NCBI GenBank assembly: GCA_963667845.2
Contig: CAXXVL010000002.1
Span: 1,824,001 to 1,888,000 of the forward strand
Direction of reading: 5' to 3'
DNA from: Smithellaceae bacterium
Lineage (GTDB): Bacteria > Desulfobacterota > Syntrophia > Syntrophales > Smithellaceae
Length of the DNA: 64,000 bases
Shown here in pieces: positions 28,902-38,824 of the stretch (its first letter is position 1; every line of letters starts with the position of its first letter). A model generated the notes under the pieces. That model had not been told where the DNA came from. It saw nothing but the letters and a program-made list of their open reading frames with translations, and searched no databases. The translations under genes and the position numbers were made by a program.

Positions 28902-29471
28902 ATGAAAAGAAATGCTGTAATCTATTTCTCATTGCTGGTTTCATTGTTGGGGATACTCATAGCTGCACCTGATTCCCAAGCTGTCATTCGTACGGTCACA
29001 GGGACAGTCACCAAGGTATCAGACGGCGATTCAATTCATTTAACAACACCGGAACAAACCAAACTCAAAGTTAGGCTGCATGGGATTGACGCACCGGAAA
29101 CGCCCAAAATCAATCATCGCACGGGTCAAATTATTAAACCTGGGCAACCCTACGGTGGTGAATCTTGGAAAGCCCTTAAAAGTAAAATCATGGGCAAGCA
29201 AGTGAAGTTGGAAATTCTTGATATTGACAAATACAAACGTATGGTCGGGATGATCTGGCTCGATGATCGCAATATCAATATGGAGATGGTGAGGGAAGGA
29301 TACGCAGAAGCTTTTGTGGAATATTTAAAACCACCTTATCGAACAATGTTTCTGGAGGCTGAAGAGGAAGCGAAATCAGCTAGACGTGGGATATGGTCAT
29401 TGCCGAATTATGAAAGACCGAGAGACTTCCGTAAGAAGTTGAAGTATCGGGCGGAGAGTAAGCTGATATAG
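28902..29471 (+). CDS. Secreted thermonuclease (SNase) family protein
   Basis: Signal peptide; VSDGDSI, VRLHGIDAPE, DKYKR, MVREGYA, ARRGIW. Confidence 0.95.
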   Translation: MKRNAVIYFSLLVSLLGILIAAPDSQAVIRTVTGTVTKVSDGDSIHLTTPEQTKLKVRLHGIDAPETPKINHRTGQIIKPGQPYGGESWKALKSKIMGKQVKLEILDIDKYKRMVGMIWLDDRNINMEMVREGYAEAFVEYLKPPYRTMFLEAEEEAKSARRGIWSLPNYERPRDFRKKLKYRAESKLI

Positions 29472-29624
29472 ATGAATCTGTGAAGGCGCCTAAATGAAAT
29501 ATTTATTTGTGTTGACACTTATTGCTCTTTCCGTTGTCATAGGGCTTCTGATTACTGATATGGACAGCAAGGACAGTCGGAACAACATTAACGATTCTGA
29601 ACAGAAGAAAAGGAATAAGGACTA

Positions 29625-29801
29625 ATGGCAGAAAAACTTGACCAGAAACAGACCATCGATTTCAAGGAACTGCTCATGTCCGAAGTCATTCAATCTGAAG
29701 CGCTGATCAATATCTTGGACCGGAAAGGCATTATTAGTAAACAAGAATTGCTGGACGAAATGAAAATGGTTCAATCGAGGATGATCATATCCAAAGGATA
29801 A
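29625..29801 (+). CDS. Small hypothetical protein (58 aa), not in ORF track
   Basis: RBS AAGGA; MAEKLDQKQTIDFKELLMSEVIQSEALINILDRKGIISKQELLDEMK. Confidence 0.7.
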   Translation: MAEKLDQKQTIDFKELLMSEVIQSEALINILDRKGIISKQELLDEMKMVQSRMIISKG

Positions 29802-29849
29802 ATCAACAGCGTAGCGCGCGATGAAATAGGATAGAGCCATTATAATGTT

Positions 29850-30599
29850 ATGGATATCAACACTAATCATTACAAGAGACGTAAGCGCATTCTTCCTGTT
29901 GCGATCCTGCTAGTCATTTTGCTTATCACAGGTAGTTCCTGCTCAAAAGATTTGGTGATATCCGGAAAGACTACAGATGAATCATCGCAGCCGCTGAACC
30001 AGACCGAGGCTAAGACCAAGACTATTGGCAATCTCCATACGCACACCACCTGCTCCGATGGAAAGAACACTTATGAAGAAATGGTGCAATATGCCCTCGG
30101 CTTGAACTTCGGATTTATAGCCATCACAGATCATAAATTTGGCGGCTCCTCTTTATGCAATGATGTTATCTCCCAATGCCTGGCCGAGAAACGCTTGCTC
30201 TGCATACCGGGCCAGGAAGTTACGGGGAAAGTCCATCTCCTGGCCATCGGTATTCAGCATGAAATTGACAAACGTCTATCTGTGAAAAAGCAAGTCGAAG
30301 AAATCCATAAACAGGGAGGATTGGCTATTGCCGCCCATCCTTTCAGGAACGGCAATACTTACACCGATGAAGAACTGTTTGAAACAGGCCTTGATGCTGT
30401 GGAATGCAGGGGAATACCCAAAAAAAAGAAAAAAGATTTTTATGCAATGCTCAAAGAGCACAATATCCCCTGTGTATATAACACGGATGCCCATATCACC
30501 ATGCAATTGATACTGACTTGGAATAGCTGTGATGGTGAGATCAAGGGCTTTGATGATCTAAAAAAGGCGTTAAAGACAGGAAGGTGTAAAAGACGGTAA
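29850..30599 (+). CDS. Exported PHP-domain metallohydrolase
   Basis: Signal/lipobox; LHTHTTCSDG, ITDH, GQE, AHP, TDAH. Confidence 0.9.
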   Translation: MDINTNHYKRRKRILPVAILLVILLITGSSCSKDLVISGKTTDESSQPLNQTEAKTKTIGNLHTHTTCSDGKNTYEEMVQYALGLNFGFIAITDHKFGGSSLCNDVISQCLAEKRLLCIPGQEVTGKVHLLAIGIQHEIDKRLSVKKQVEEIHKQGGLAIAAHPFRNGNTYTDEELFETGLDAVECRGIPKKKKKDFYAMLKEHNIPCVYNTDAHITMQLILTWNSCDGEIKGFDDLKKALKTGRCKRR

Positions 30600-30778
30600 A
30601 CAATAGGCGGAAAAGGCGTTGAGCGGTGATCATAAAATAAAAGCATGAATAACGGAATTTCATTATGTGCAATAAGTTAAAATTCTCTTGACATCAATTT
30701 ATGAAATACTTACTAACAACGATAAGCAAAAATACATAATATTGATGACGCCAAAAGCAGCATTTGGAGGGTTGAGTT

Positions 30779-31135
30779 ATGTGGATCTATCTTAACACTG
30801 GCTTCTATTCCGTAGTTTACAAACCACCGTGTCAAAAAGACGAGCTTCTGGTGAGGACACGGAGCAAAGTTGATATTGACAAACTGCAAAAGCAGCTCGA
30901 AGAAAAATTCAACTTCGATGGTGAAATCTTATCGACACCAAAAGCCGATTACGCATTTCGTATAGTTGTTCCAAGACACATGATCGCAACATTCTTGGTT
31001 AGTGCCGTCATGGAATTAGACTATTCGAATTTCAAAAATACGATTCAGGGCAAGGACTACCAAAGGCATGATGCTTATATGAAATGCTGGGAAGCTATGT
31101 ATGAATGGCAAAGGGATTTAAAAAAAGAGTGGTAA
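30779..31135 (+). CDS. Conserved hypothetical protein
   Basis: RBS GGAGG; MWIYLNTGFYSVV...ADYAFR...LDYSNFK. Confidence 0.75.
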   Translation: MWIYLNTGFYSVVYKPPCQKDELLVRTRSKVDIDKLQKQLEEKFNFDGEILSTPKADYAFRIVVPRHMIATFLVSAVMELDYSNFKNTIQGKDYQRHDAYMKCWEAMYEWQRDLKKEW

Positions 31136-31289
31136 ATTCCTTATACGTCTAAGTAGATGTCTCAAGCACCAGCCTTTTTTGAAAATTGATAAAATTACGT
31201 ACTTCCTGAATCTTTACTTGTTGTTTTTTTCAAAAAATGCAAGTCTTCACGACATAACAAATTCTTGCTCTGCCCATTCCGGTGATTAG

Positions 31290-32387
31290 ATGACGGCTAA
31301 GACCCTTCACATTCTTATTCTCGAAGACAATCCTTCCGATGCGGAGCTGGTTCAATTTGAAATGCAAGAGGCTGGCATCACCTTCACCTCAAAATTAGTG
31401 GCAACAGAAGAAGATTTTATTCGCGAGCTTCAGGAATTCAAACCTGACCTTATCCTTTCCGACTATGACCTTCCCATATACAACGGAGCCTCAGCGCTAG
31501 CCGAGGCGAAAAAAAGACGCCCCGATACCCCGTTTATTCTGGTGACCGGTGCTGTCAGTGAAGATCGGGCGATCGAAATCCTCACCCAGGGGGCCAAGGA
31601 CTATGTCTTGAAGGACCGCCTTGGACAACGGCTTGTGCCGGCAATCCGGAGAGCTCTTACGGAAGCGGAAGATCACCTGGCGCGAAGACAGGCAGAGGCC
31701 GAACTTCGCGAAGCATACAAGGTCATCGAGCGGAGGGTTAAAATTCGAACGGCGGAATTGGAAACGGAGACAGTCCTGCGGAAGGCATTGCAAATGGAGC
31801 TCCAAAATAGCGAGTCTCGGGAATCTTCGCATTTTGTAGAGTTACGGCAGCAGGCAATAGCGCGGATGATCAAGAAAAATGCTGGTTCGAGTCCGTCCGG
31901 CGACCAAGTTGATGCGCGAAAGCTTTTGCAGGAATTAGATATCTACAAAACGGAGCTTGAAATGATGAATGAAGAACTTCGGCAATCAAGAGACGAAACC
32001 GAAGCGCTCCTGACAAAATACCGTGACATTTATGACTTCGCCCCGGTCGGCTACTTCAGTCTGAATGCTGATGGAAAGATCATGCAGGCCAACCTTACCG
32101 GTGCAAAACTACTTGGAATCGAACGCAGGCGCTTGATAGGTCAACAATTTCGATCTCATATCTCGAACACATCTTATCCTTCCTTCAATGCATTTTTCAA
32201 CAAAACATTTGAAGGCGATACTATCCAGGAATGTGAATTGATGCTTTTGGAAAAGGAGGGTGTACCATCGCGATGCGTCCGGCTTGAAGCCAGATTGTCG
32301 GAAGATAGAAAAGAATGCCATCTGGCCATGATTGACCTGACAAAACACAGGCTCTCCGAAGGCGAAAGCGCAGAGTTTACCAGTTAG
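31290..32387 (+). CDS. Response regulator receiver + coiled coil + PAS protein
   Basis: ILILEDN, ILSDYDLP, GAKDYVLK; YDFAPVGY PAS. Confidence 0.9.
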   Translation: MTAKTLHILILEDNPSDAELVQFEMQEAGITFTSKLVATEEDFIRELQEFKPDLILSDYDLPIYNGASALAEAKKRRPDTPFILVTGAVSEDRAIEILTQGAKDYVLKDRLGQRLVPAIRRALTEAEDHLARRQAEAELREAYKVIERRVKIRTAELETETVLRKALQMELQNSESRESSHFVELRQQAIARMIKKNAGSSPSGDQVDARKLLQELDIYKTELEMMNEELRQSRDETEALLTKYRDIYDFAPVGYFSLNADGKIMQANLTGAKLLGIERRRLIGQQFRSHISNTSYPSFNAFFNKTFEGDTIQECELMLLEKEGVPSRCVRLEARLSEDRKECHLAMIDLTKHRLSEGESAEFTS

Positions 32388-32497
32388 ATTTGAGACAGGT
32401 AATTTCTCGGTAAGATTACTTACCTCATTTCTCCTAAATATTATGTTGAGGCTGCCGAAATTCTTACCTCTTCATTAATCCCAAAGAGGAAAGGAAA

Positions 32498-32938
32498 ATG
32501 ATTAATACAGTTCTCGATATTATTCTTGTGGAAGATAATCCCGCTGATATTGAAATGACCTTGGATGCTCTGAAAGAAAACAACCTCGTCAACAGAGTCA
32601 AGGTGTTGAAAGATGGCCAGGAGGCAGTAGATTACATTTTCCGGCAGGGAGAATACAGCACTTGCGGCATTTGTGAGCGCCCCACATTAATTCTTCTCGA
32701 CCTTAAATTACCCAAAATTGACGGACTGGAGATTCTGAGGCGAATCAGGGCTGATGAACGCACGAAGACGATGCCGGTTGTCGTGCTTACATCATCTCCC
32801 CAGGATCAAGACAGAATCGAAAGCTATGACCTTGGCGTGAGCAGCTACCTCACGAAGCCGGTCGAATTCGAAACTTTTACAAAAGTTGTCGCTCACATCG
32901 GATTTTACTGGGTTTCAGTAAACAAATCGCCATTTTGA
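32498..32938 (+). CDS. Single-domain response regulator (Rcp1-like)
   Basis: ILVEDNPAD, ILLDLKLPKIDG, VVVLTSS, YLTKPV. Confidence 0.95.
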   Translation: MINTVLDIILVEDNPADIEMTLDALKENNLVNRVKVLKDGQEAVDYIFRQGEYSTCGICERPTLILLDLKLPKIDGLEILRRIRADERTKTMPVVVLTSSPQDQDRIESYDLGVSSYLTKPVEFETFTKVVAHIGFYWVSVNKSPF

Positions 32939-33086
32939 TGTTGTAGCTGTCTCCGCTGCAGCACACTTTCGAATGGCAATCTTTACTTTTCTCGATATAC
33001 TGAAAGTGCGGACTCATAGGTGAATGATGCAAGACGTGCCATTTCCGAAAATTAAAACATAGATGATGTAATAAAGACAGTGATTT

Positions 33087-34958
33087 ATGAAAAGAGAAGC
33101 GGCGAATTTATTCAGCCTCAGCGAGGCAGCAGTCGGCGTTATCGCGCTCGTCGGACTGTATGTCATCAGCCGCTATAGCTATCCGGCATTCCACACGATC
33201 GCCGAGCTTTTCGGCATCATCATCGGATTCAGCCTGTTCATGCTGCTCTGGAATTCACGGCGGATCATCGATAACAATTATCTGGTGTTCATAGGCATCG
33301 CCTACGTCAGCGTGGCCGGCCTGGATCTCATCCATACGCTTGCCTATAGGGAAATCAACCTTTTCATCGGATACGGAACGAACCTGCCGACCCAACTATG
33401 GATCGCCGCGCGGTATGTCGAAAGCATATCGCTCCTCACCGCCCCCTTTTTCATCCACCGGAAACTGAAACCCGGTTGGACCCTTGCCAGTTACATTGCA
33501 TTGACGGTGGTTCTCCTGACGTCCGCTTTCGGCGGATTGTTCCCCGATTGCTATATCGATGGAATCGGCCTGACCCCTTTCAAAATCATTAGCGAGTATA
33601 TAATCTCCGCCATTCTCCTGTGCTCACTGATACTGCTGCTCCGGAATCGGAATGAATTTGACCGGGATATCCTGGTCCTCCTGACCCTGTCGATCATCAT
33701 CACGATCGGATCGGAGCTCGCTTTCACATTCTATGTAGGTTTCTATGATATTCCGAACCTGATCGGACACTACCTGAAAATTATATCCTTCTACCTCATT
33801 TATAAGGCCATCATTGAGATGGGCCTTTCGAAACCCTATAATCTGATGTTCAGGAATCTTCAGCAGCACGAGATGGCTCTGCGCGAGAGCGAGGAGAGGC
33901 ACCGGCTGCTCTTCGAACATAGCATGGATGCCATCCTGCAGATGCTGCCGGATGGCAGAATTCTATCCGCAAATCCGACAGCGTGCCGGATGTTCGGCTG
34001 TACAGAGGCAGAATTAGTGCAGTTGGGCAGGGACGGCATCGCCGACAGCAGCGATCCGAGATTGGGTCCCGCGATGGAAGAGCGTGCACGCACCGGTATG
34101 TTCAAAGGTGAATTGACCTACATGCGCAAAGACAAAACCAAGTTTCCAGTGGATATCACCAGTGTGAGCTTCCGGGATGAAGGAGGAACCGTCAGATCCA
34201 GTATATTCATCCGCGACATCACCGAACGCAAATTGGCGGCGGACGCTGTCATTCATCAGGCGGCAAAGCTGGAAGCCATGAACCAGGAACTGGAGTCCTT
34301 CGCCTATTCCGTCTCCCATGACCTGCGCGCCCCCCTGCGGGCCATCGACGGGTATTCGCGGATGATTCTTAGTAAGCAGGGCGACAAATTTGATGACGAG
34401 ACGAAGACCAGGTTCAACGTCATCAGGCATACTACCGCGACTATGGCAAAATTGATCGATGATCTCCTGGAGTTCTCACGGATGGGCAGAAAAGATCTGC
34501 ACATCACTGAGATCGATATGCGCCAGCTGCTGGCGACCACGTGGGAAGAGCTGCAGGGACTCCACCCGGACCGGCGGATGACGCTGACGATGAATGAACT
34601 GCAGCCCGCCTGGGGAGATACCGCCCTCATCAAACAAGTCCTCATCAACATTCTTTCCAATGCCGTCAAATTCACTAAGGGCCGGGAAGAGGCTCTCATT
34701 GAAGTGGGCAACTGCATTGAGGAGAATGCGACGGTATACTACATCCGCGACAACGGTGTCGGCTTCGATATGCGGTACAGTGATAAATTGTTCAAGGTCT
34801 TCCAGCGTCTCCATAGCGCCGACAATTTCGAGGGCACCGGGGTGGGCTTGTCCATCGTTCAGCGGATCATCGACCGGCACGGAGGCCGCATCTGGGCGGA
34901 ATCGGAAGTGAGCAAGGGTGCAACGTTCTACTTCACGCTTCCGACCCGGCAAGAATGA
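33087..34958 (+). CDS. MASE3-PAS sensor histidine kinase
   Basis: Multi-TM N-terminus (FHTIAE, LDLIHTLAY); PAS; SVSHDLRAPL H-box; N, G1, F, G2 boxes. Confidence 0.95.
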   Translation: MKREAANLFSLSEAAVGVIALVGLYVISRYSYPAFHTIAELFGIIIGFSLFMLLWNSRRIIDNNYLVFIGIAYVSVAGLDLIHTLAYREINLFIGYGTNLPTQLWIAARYVESISLLTAPFFIHRKLKPGWTLASYIALTVVLLTSAFGGLFPDCYIDGIGLTPFKIISEYIISAILLCSLILLLRNRNEFDRDILVLLTLSIIITIGSELAFTFYVGFYDIPNLIGHYLKIISFYLIYKAIIEMGLSKPYNLMFRNLQQHEMALRESEERHRLLFEHSMDAILQMLPDGRILSANPTACRMFGCTEAELVQLGRDGIADSSDPRLGPAMEERARTGMFKGELTYMRKDKTKFPVDITSVSFRDEGGTVRSSIFIRDITERKLAADAVIHQAAKLEAMNQELESFAYSVSHDLRAPLRAIDGYSRMILSKQGDKFDDETKTRFNVIRHTTATMAKLIDDLLEFSRMGRKDLHITEIDMRQLLATTWEELQGLHPDRRMTLTMNELQPAWGDTALIKQVLINILSNAVKFTKGREEALIEVGNCIEENATVYYIRDNGVGFDMRYSDKLFKVFQRLHSADNFEGTGVGLSIVQRIIDRHGGRIWAESEVSKGATFYFTLPTRQE

Positions 34959-35133
34959 TGCTTTGACATTTGTCATGCACCCTTCCAAACGGTAATCTTT
35001 GCTTTTCACGGAATGCTGACGGCGTTTAGTCATAGGTGAACCATTGGTAAGAATGAAATATTTAGAGTAGCGTCTATCATATCAATGATACGCTGGGGCA
35101 AATTATCCTTCCAGAAACACTCTGAGTGAGATA

Positions 35134-35661
35134 ATGCTGTATGGAAAGTATTTTTCTGCCATTCAATGGATGTCCTTAATGAAGAAATGTTACCCAAATA
35201 AAGCATTAAAGATTCCTTGCCAAATATCATTCCTATTTGTCATTTCTATCTTGCTTGTCTCTTGTGCAAATTGGCTACTGGAGAAGCCATCCTTCACTCT
35301 TCGTGCAGTCAATATCCGTCCAGTCTCCTTTACAGAGACGAATCTTATTCTCGATCTCGATGTACAAAATCCCAATAATTATGATCTGACACTTAAATCT
35401 TTTGTCTACACCATTTACCTTAGAAATGAAGATATTGGAAATGGGCATTTGGAGAAGGGAATCTTGATTCCCTCATCATCAACGACGCAGATAATGGTGC
35501 CTCTCGTTGTAAAATTTAGAGATTTCAATAAAACCCTGAATGTTATTTTTGCGGGGGATGATCTGCCATACAAGATAGAGGGGAATGCCAGCGTCGGTTC
35601 GGTATTCGGAAGCCTCAATTTCCCTTTCTCAACAGAAGGACGCATCAACTTGAAAAACTGA
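35134..35661 (+). CDS. LEA type 2 / WHy-domain lipoprotein
   Basis: LVSC lipobox; VQNPNNYDL motif; start may be downstream. Confidence 0.85.
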   Translation: MLYGKYFSAIQWMSLMKKCYPNKALKIPCQISFLFVISILLVSCANWLLEKPSFTLRAVNIRPVSFTETNLILDLDVQNPNNYDLTLKSFVYTIYLRNEDIGNGHLEKGILIPSSSTTQIMVPLVVKFRDFNKTLNVIFAGDDLPYKIEGNASVGSVFGSLNFPFSTEGRINLKN

Positions 35662-35705
35662 TGCATGAAAACAAAAGAACCAAAACCAGATAAGAGCCCT
35701 CTCCA

Positions 35706-35957
35706 ATGACCAACATTGAATCAATCTATGAAATCAAATCCGCCGTTCTTGATCTTCGCAGGTACTCATCTTCAAATAGTGAATATGTATCCAACAAGGT
35801 AAAAGTAAAATATCGAAAATTGCTTGATCGGTTCTTCAGGGAAAATGAAAGCTTCGTAACACCCCAACAACGGCAGTCATGTTTGCATGATGCTGACTAT
35901 TTTCTGATTCTCATGGATGAAGTAGTAGAGAAGTCTTACTTGGAATTGGCGGGATAA
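35706..35957 (+). CDS. Hypothetical protein
   Basis: Co-oriented ORF filling the gap. Confidence 0.55.
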   Translation: MTNIESIYEIKSAVLDLRRYSSSNSEYVSNKVKVKYRKLLDRFFRENESFVTPQQRQSCLHDADYFLILMDEVVEKSYLELAG

Positions 35958-36020
35958 TGTGAAACGCAGAGTCCTGCGCTATCGGATTAAACAAAAGATA
36001 ATTTAGCAAGGAGGACAAAG

Positions 36021-36332
36021 ATGATTTGTGTAGTTGCTACAATCGCTTTAAAGGATGGAATGAGGGAAAATTATTTAGAAGAAATACGCAAGATAGTACC
36101 CATAGTGCGAAGAGAAAAAGGATGTATTGAATATACTCCAACAGCAGATGCAGATACCGGTTCCAACTTTCAAATAAAGAATAGACCTGACACAGTCGTA
36201 ATATTGGAGAAGTGGGAGAATCTCGAAGCGCTGAAGAATCACGGTATATCCCCTCATATGACTGATTTTAGGCATTCAGTTAAAGAATTTATGCAGTCCA
36301 TTCAATTACAGATCCTAACACCCATAGAATAA
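36021..36332 (+). CDS. ABM-domain putative quinol monooxygenase
   Basis: VRREKGCIEY...ILEKWENLEALKNH...PHM. Confidence 0.9.
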   Translation: MICVVATIALKDGMRENYLEEIRKIVPIVRREKGCIEYTPTADADTGSNFQIKNRPDTVVILEKWENLEALKNHGISPHMTDFRHSVKEFMQSIQLQILTPIE

Positions 36333-36434
36333 TGCCGGTAGTATACAGGTAGACACAGAATGATATATTAAATTGTTCTTCGGGAGAAAAGTTTTTTATA
36401 TTATGGAATATCAAAAACCACATGGAGGATCATT

Positions 36435-36722
36435 ATGGCAATGACTAAAAAAGATCTCATGGACATTCACTATGAGCAAACAGATTTATCAAGAAAAGAA
36501 TGTGTGCCCGCTATTGAGTCAACCTTTGAGATAATCAAGAATGAACTCGAAAAAGGCAATTCAGTAAAAATTTCCGGATTTGGTAAATGGACTGTCAAAT
36601 CTAAAAGGGAGCGAATCGGCAGGAACCCACAGACTGGTGATCGGATGACCATAGATGCAAAAAAAGTTGTTACGTTTAAACCCTCAGCAGTATTGAAGTC
36701 TGCCTTAAATTCTGAACGGTAA
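36435..36722 (+). CDS. ihfA: Integration host factor alpha subunit
   Basis: MAMTKKDL...VKISGFGKW...GRNPQTG...VVTFKPS. Confidence 0.9.
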   Translation: MAMTKKDLMDIHYEQTDLSRKECVPAIESTFEIIKNELEKGNSVKISGFGKWTVKSKRERIGRNPQTGDRMTIDAKKVVTFKPSAVLKSALNSER

Positions 36723-36758
36723 TTGATCAAATAAACTCAATACAGTGCAATTTAAACA

Positions 36759-37334
36759 ATGATATTTCGTCTCACCTCAAAACTGGCCAAGAAAATCGGG
36801 ATCGCTGCATTATCAGCTATCCCATATGATGATAACAGAAACCCCATACTTGACTGGAACGCACATCTATTCACAGTCCAGCGCACCCAATATATAATTC
36901 TAACAAACACTGCATCATTATACTCCATGATTCTCTTGGGAAGAGGAATTACGAACGATAAGAATTTCATTCGAGAAACATTATCCTGTATGGAAGAGTT
37001 TATGATCATCGACGGGAATAAAGCCGTGTATAAAAATATCATCGAACCGGAGGTGCAAAGAATATTCTTTTCTAAAATAGTTGATCGGCGGGTCTTGGGA
37101 TCAATGAACGATCTTATATTTCAGGCCAAGATCCATCTATCTGAGGGTCAGAAATCGCCACTTGATGTTTCATTTCTTTTGAATGAATCTCCGATGTCAT
37201 ATTTGAACTATAACCGTCCCAAAGATGCATTCCGGAAACTATATTTTAAAGACGGAGATTTACCTGGTAATAGGCAAATAAAGAATAACGTGATTAACAT
37301 TAACGACCATAGACGGCCGAAAACAAAATCTTGA
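36759..37334 (+). CDS. DUF6933-like hypothetical protein
   Basis: RLTSKLAKKI...DWNAHLF...DRRVLGSMND...LNESPM. Confidence 0.75.
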   Translation: MIFRLTSKLAKKIGIAALSAIPYDDNRNPILDWNAHLFTVQRTQYIILTNTASLYSMILLGRGITNDKNFIRETLSCMEEFMIIDGNKAVYKNIIEPEVQRIFFSKIVDRRVLGSMNDLIFQAKIHLSEGQKSPLDVSFLLNESPMSYLNYNRPKDAFRKLYFKDGDLPGNRQIKNNVININDHRRPKTKS

Positions 37335-37435
37335 TATCCATCCGTAAACAAAGAAGGAATTGATGGCCATATTTAAACCTTATTCGATGGTTTTAGACTC
37401 ATGGTAACCAAGCCAATTACTGAAAGAGGTGCACT

Positions 37436-38635
37436 ACGCAAAAGGTTATACTTCTGGTTGACATGAATGCCTTCTTTATAAGTTGTGAAATGACAAGGAA
37501 CGATTCTCTTGTCGGAACTCCAGCTGCTGTTGCCGGCGATCCGAAGAAGCGTTCTGGCATCATTCTAGCGGCAAACTATGAGGCAAGGGCGTGTGGAATC
37601 AAGACTACCATGGTTCTTCATGAAGCTTTAAGACTTTGCCCTAAATTAATTTTAGTCCCCCCAGATCATCATTTCTATGGCCAGAAGTCAGAAGAAGTCA
37701 TGGACTTACTATCGAACTATACTCCTATCCTGGAACAAAACAGCATCGATGAAGCCTGGCTAGACATGACAGGGTGCGAAGGTCTTTTTGGTAACCCTCT
37801 GGATGCTGCTAAACGTATCATGGCTGAGATCAAAGACAGACTCGGACTTTGGTGCTCAATCGGGATCGCTGAAAACAAGTTTCTGGCAAAAATGGCAGCT
37901 GAAATGAAGAAGCCACTCGGCATTACCGAACTATGGAAACCTGACATTCCATTAAAACTATGGCCGCTTCCAGTGAAAGAAATGTACGGTATTGGTGCTA
38001 AGACTGCTGAAAAGCTGAATCGCATGGGAATAAAGACCATCGGTGATCTTGCAAAGCGTGACGTAGCCCTTATTGTCCAAAGTTTTGGGAAAGGTGGGAA
38101 TGAAATTCATCTGCACGCCAATGGGATAGACAATTCTCCTGTTCTGGCTCGCATGGCTGATGATATGAAATCCATCGGGCGATCGACAACACTGCCTGAA
38201 GATATATCTGACATCGAGAAAGCAAAAATAGTCCTTATGGAGCTTGCTGATGATATTGGCATGACTGCAAGAAGACATGACAAAAAAGGTCGCACAATAC
38301 ATATCACCCTGAAATATTCTGATTTTCAGGTCGTCACCAGACAGATAACCATTCCGGCGACTCATACCACCAAGGAAGTTTATCATGCTGGTTGCGGTCT
38401 GCTTGAACAAAATTGGGATAGGACCCATCCAGTAAGATTAATCGGAATAAGCCTTTCGGGATTTCATGAAGACTGCGTTTCAGATCAGCTGTCGCTTTTT
38501 GATCAAATAAAAGACAATACAAAAAGTGAGAAGGATAAACGAATTGACAATGCTATGGACAAAATAAGAAACAAACACGGCACCGAAACAATAACCTTTG
38601 CCACATTGGTTAAGAAAGACATAGATGGTAAGTGA
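37436..38635 (+). CDS. dinB: Y-family DNA polymerase IV; expected start codon reads ACG
   Basis: (T)QKVILLVDMNAFF, AANYEAR, SIDEA, NKFLAKMA, YGIG; GAGGTG RBS precedes ACG at 37436. Confidence 0.92.
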   Translation, partial: TQKVILLVDMNAFFISCEMTRNDSLVGTPAAVAGDPKKRSGIILAANYEARACGIKTTMVLHEALRLCPKLILVPPDHHFYGQKSEEVMDLLSNYTPILEQNSIDEAWLDMTGCEGLFGNPLDAAKRIMAEIKDRLGLWCSIGIAENKFLAKMAAEMKKPLGITELWKPDIPLKLWPLPVKEMYGIGAKTAEKLNRMGIKTIGDLAKRDVALIVQSFGKGGNEIHLHANGIDNSPVLARMADDMKSIGRSTTLPEDISDIEKAKIVLMELADDIGMTARRHDKKGRTIHITLKYSDFQVVTRQITIPATHTTKEVYHAGCGLLEQNWDRTHPVRLIGISLSGFHEDCVSDQLSLFDQIKDNTKSEKDKRIDNAMDKIRNKHGTETITFATLVKKDIDGK

Positions 38636-38646
38636 TGATTACTGTT

Positions 38647-38820
38647 GTAGCTACTGTGGTATTAGCTATGCCAAAATAATACTTGCAGCTATTCAACCTT
38701 CTTCAAGTCGCGTGATCATAGCTGTAACCATAGCTGTAATGACTGCCGGAGAGTTAATGGGAAAGCCACCATAGCTACTTGGAGGTACAGCTAAAATATG
38801 AATAATAGCTTTGTAGCTTC
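38647..38820. repeat. Cluster of nine AGCT-centred palindromic motifs
   Basis: AGCT at 38649, 38664, 38687, 38720, 38732, 38773, 38789, 38807, 38815; CATAGCTGTAA occurs twice. Confidence 0.7.
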
Positions 38821-38824
38821 TTTG

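Noticed and set aside
37389..37410. LexA box upstream of dinB (GGTT...AACC)
   Set aside because: Spacing does not fit the deltaproteobacterial LexA motif as I recall it; not supportable by eye
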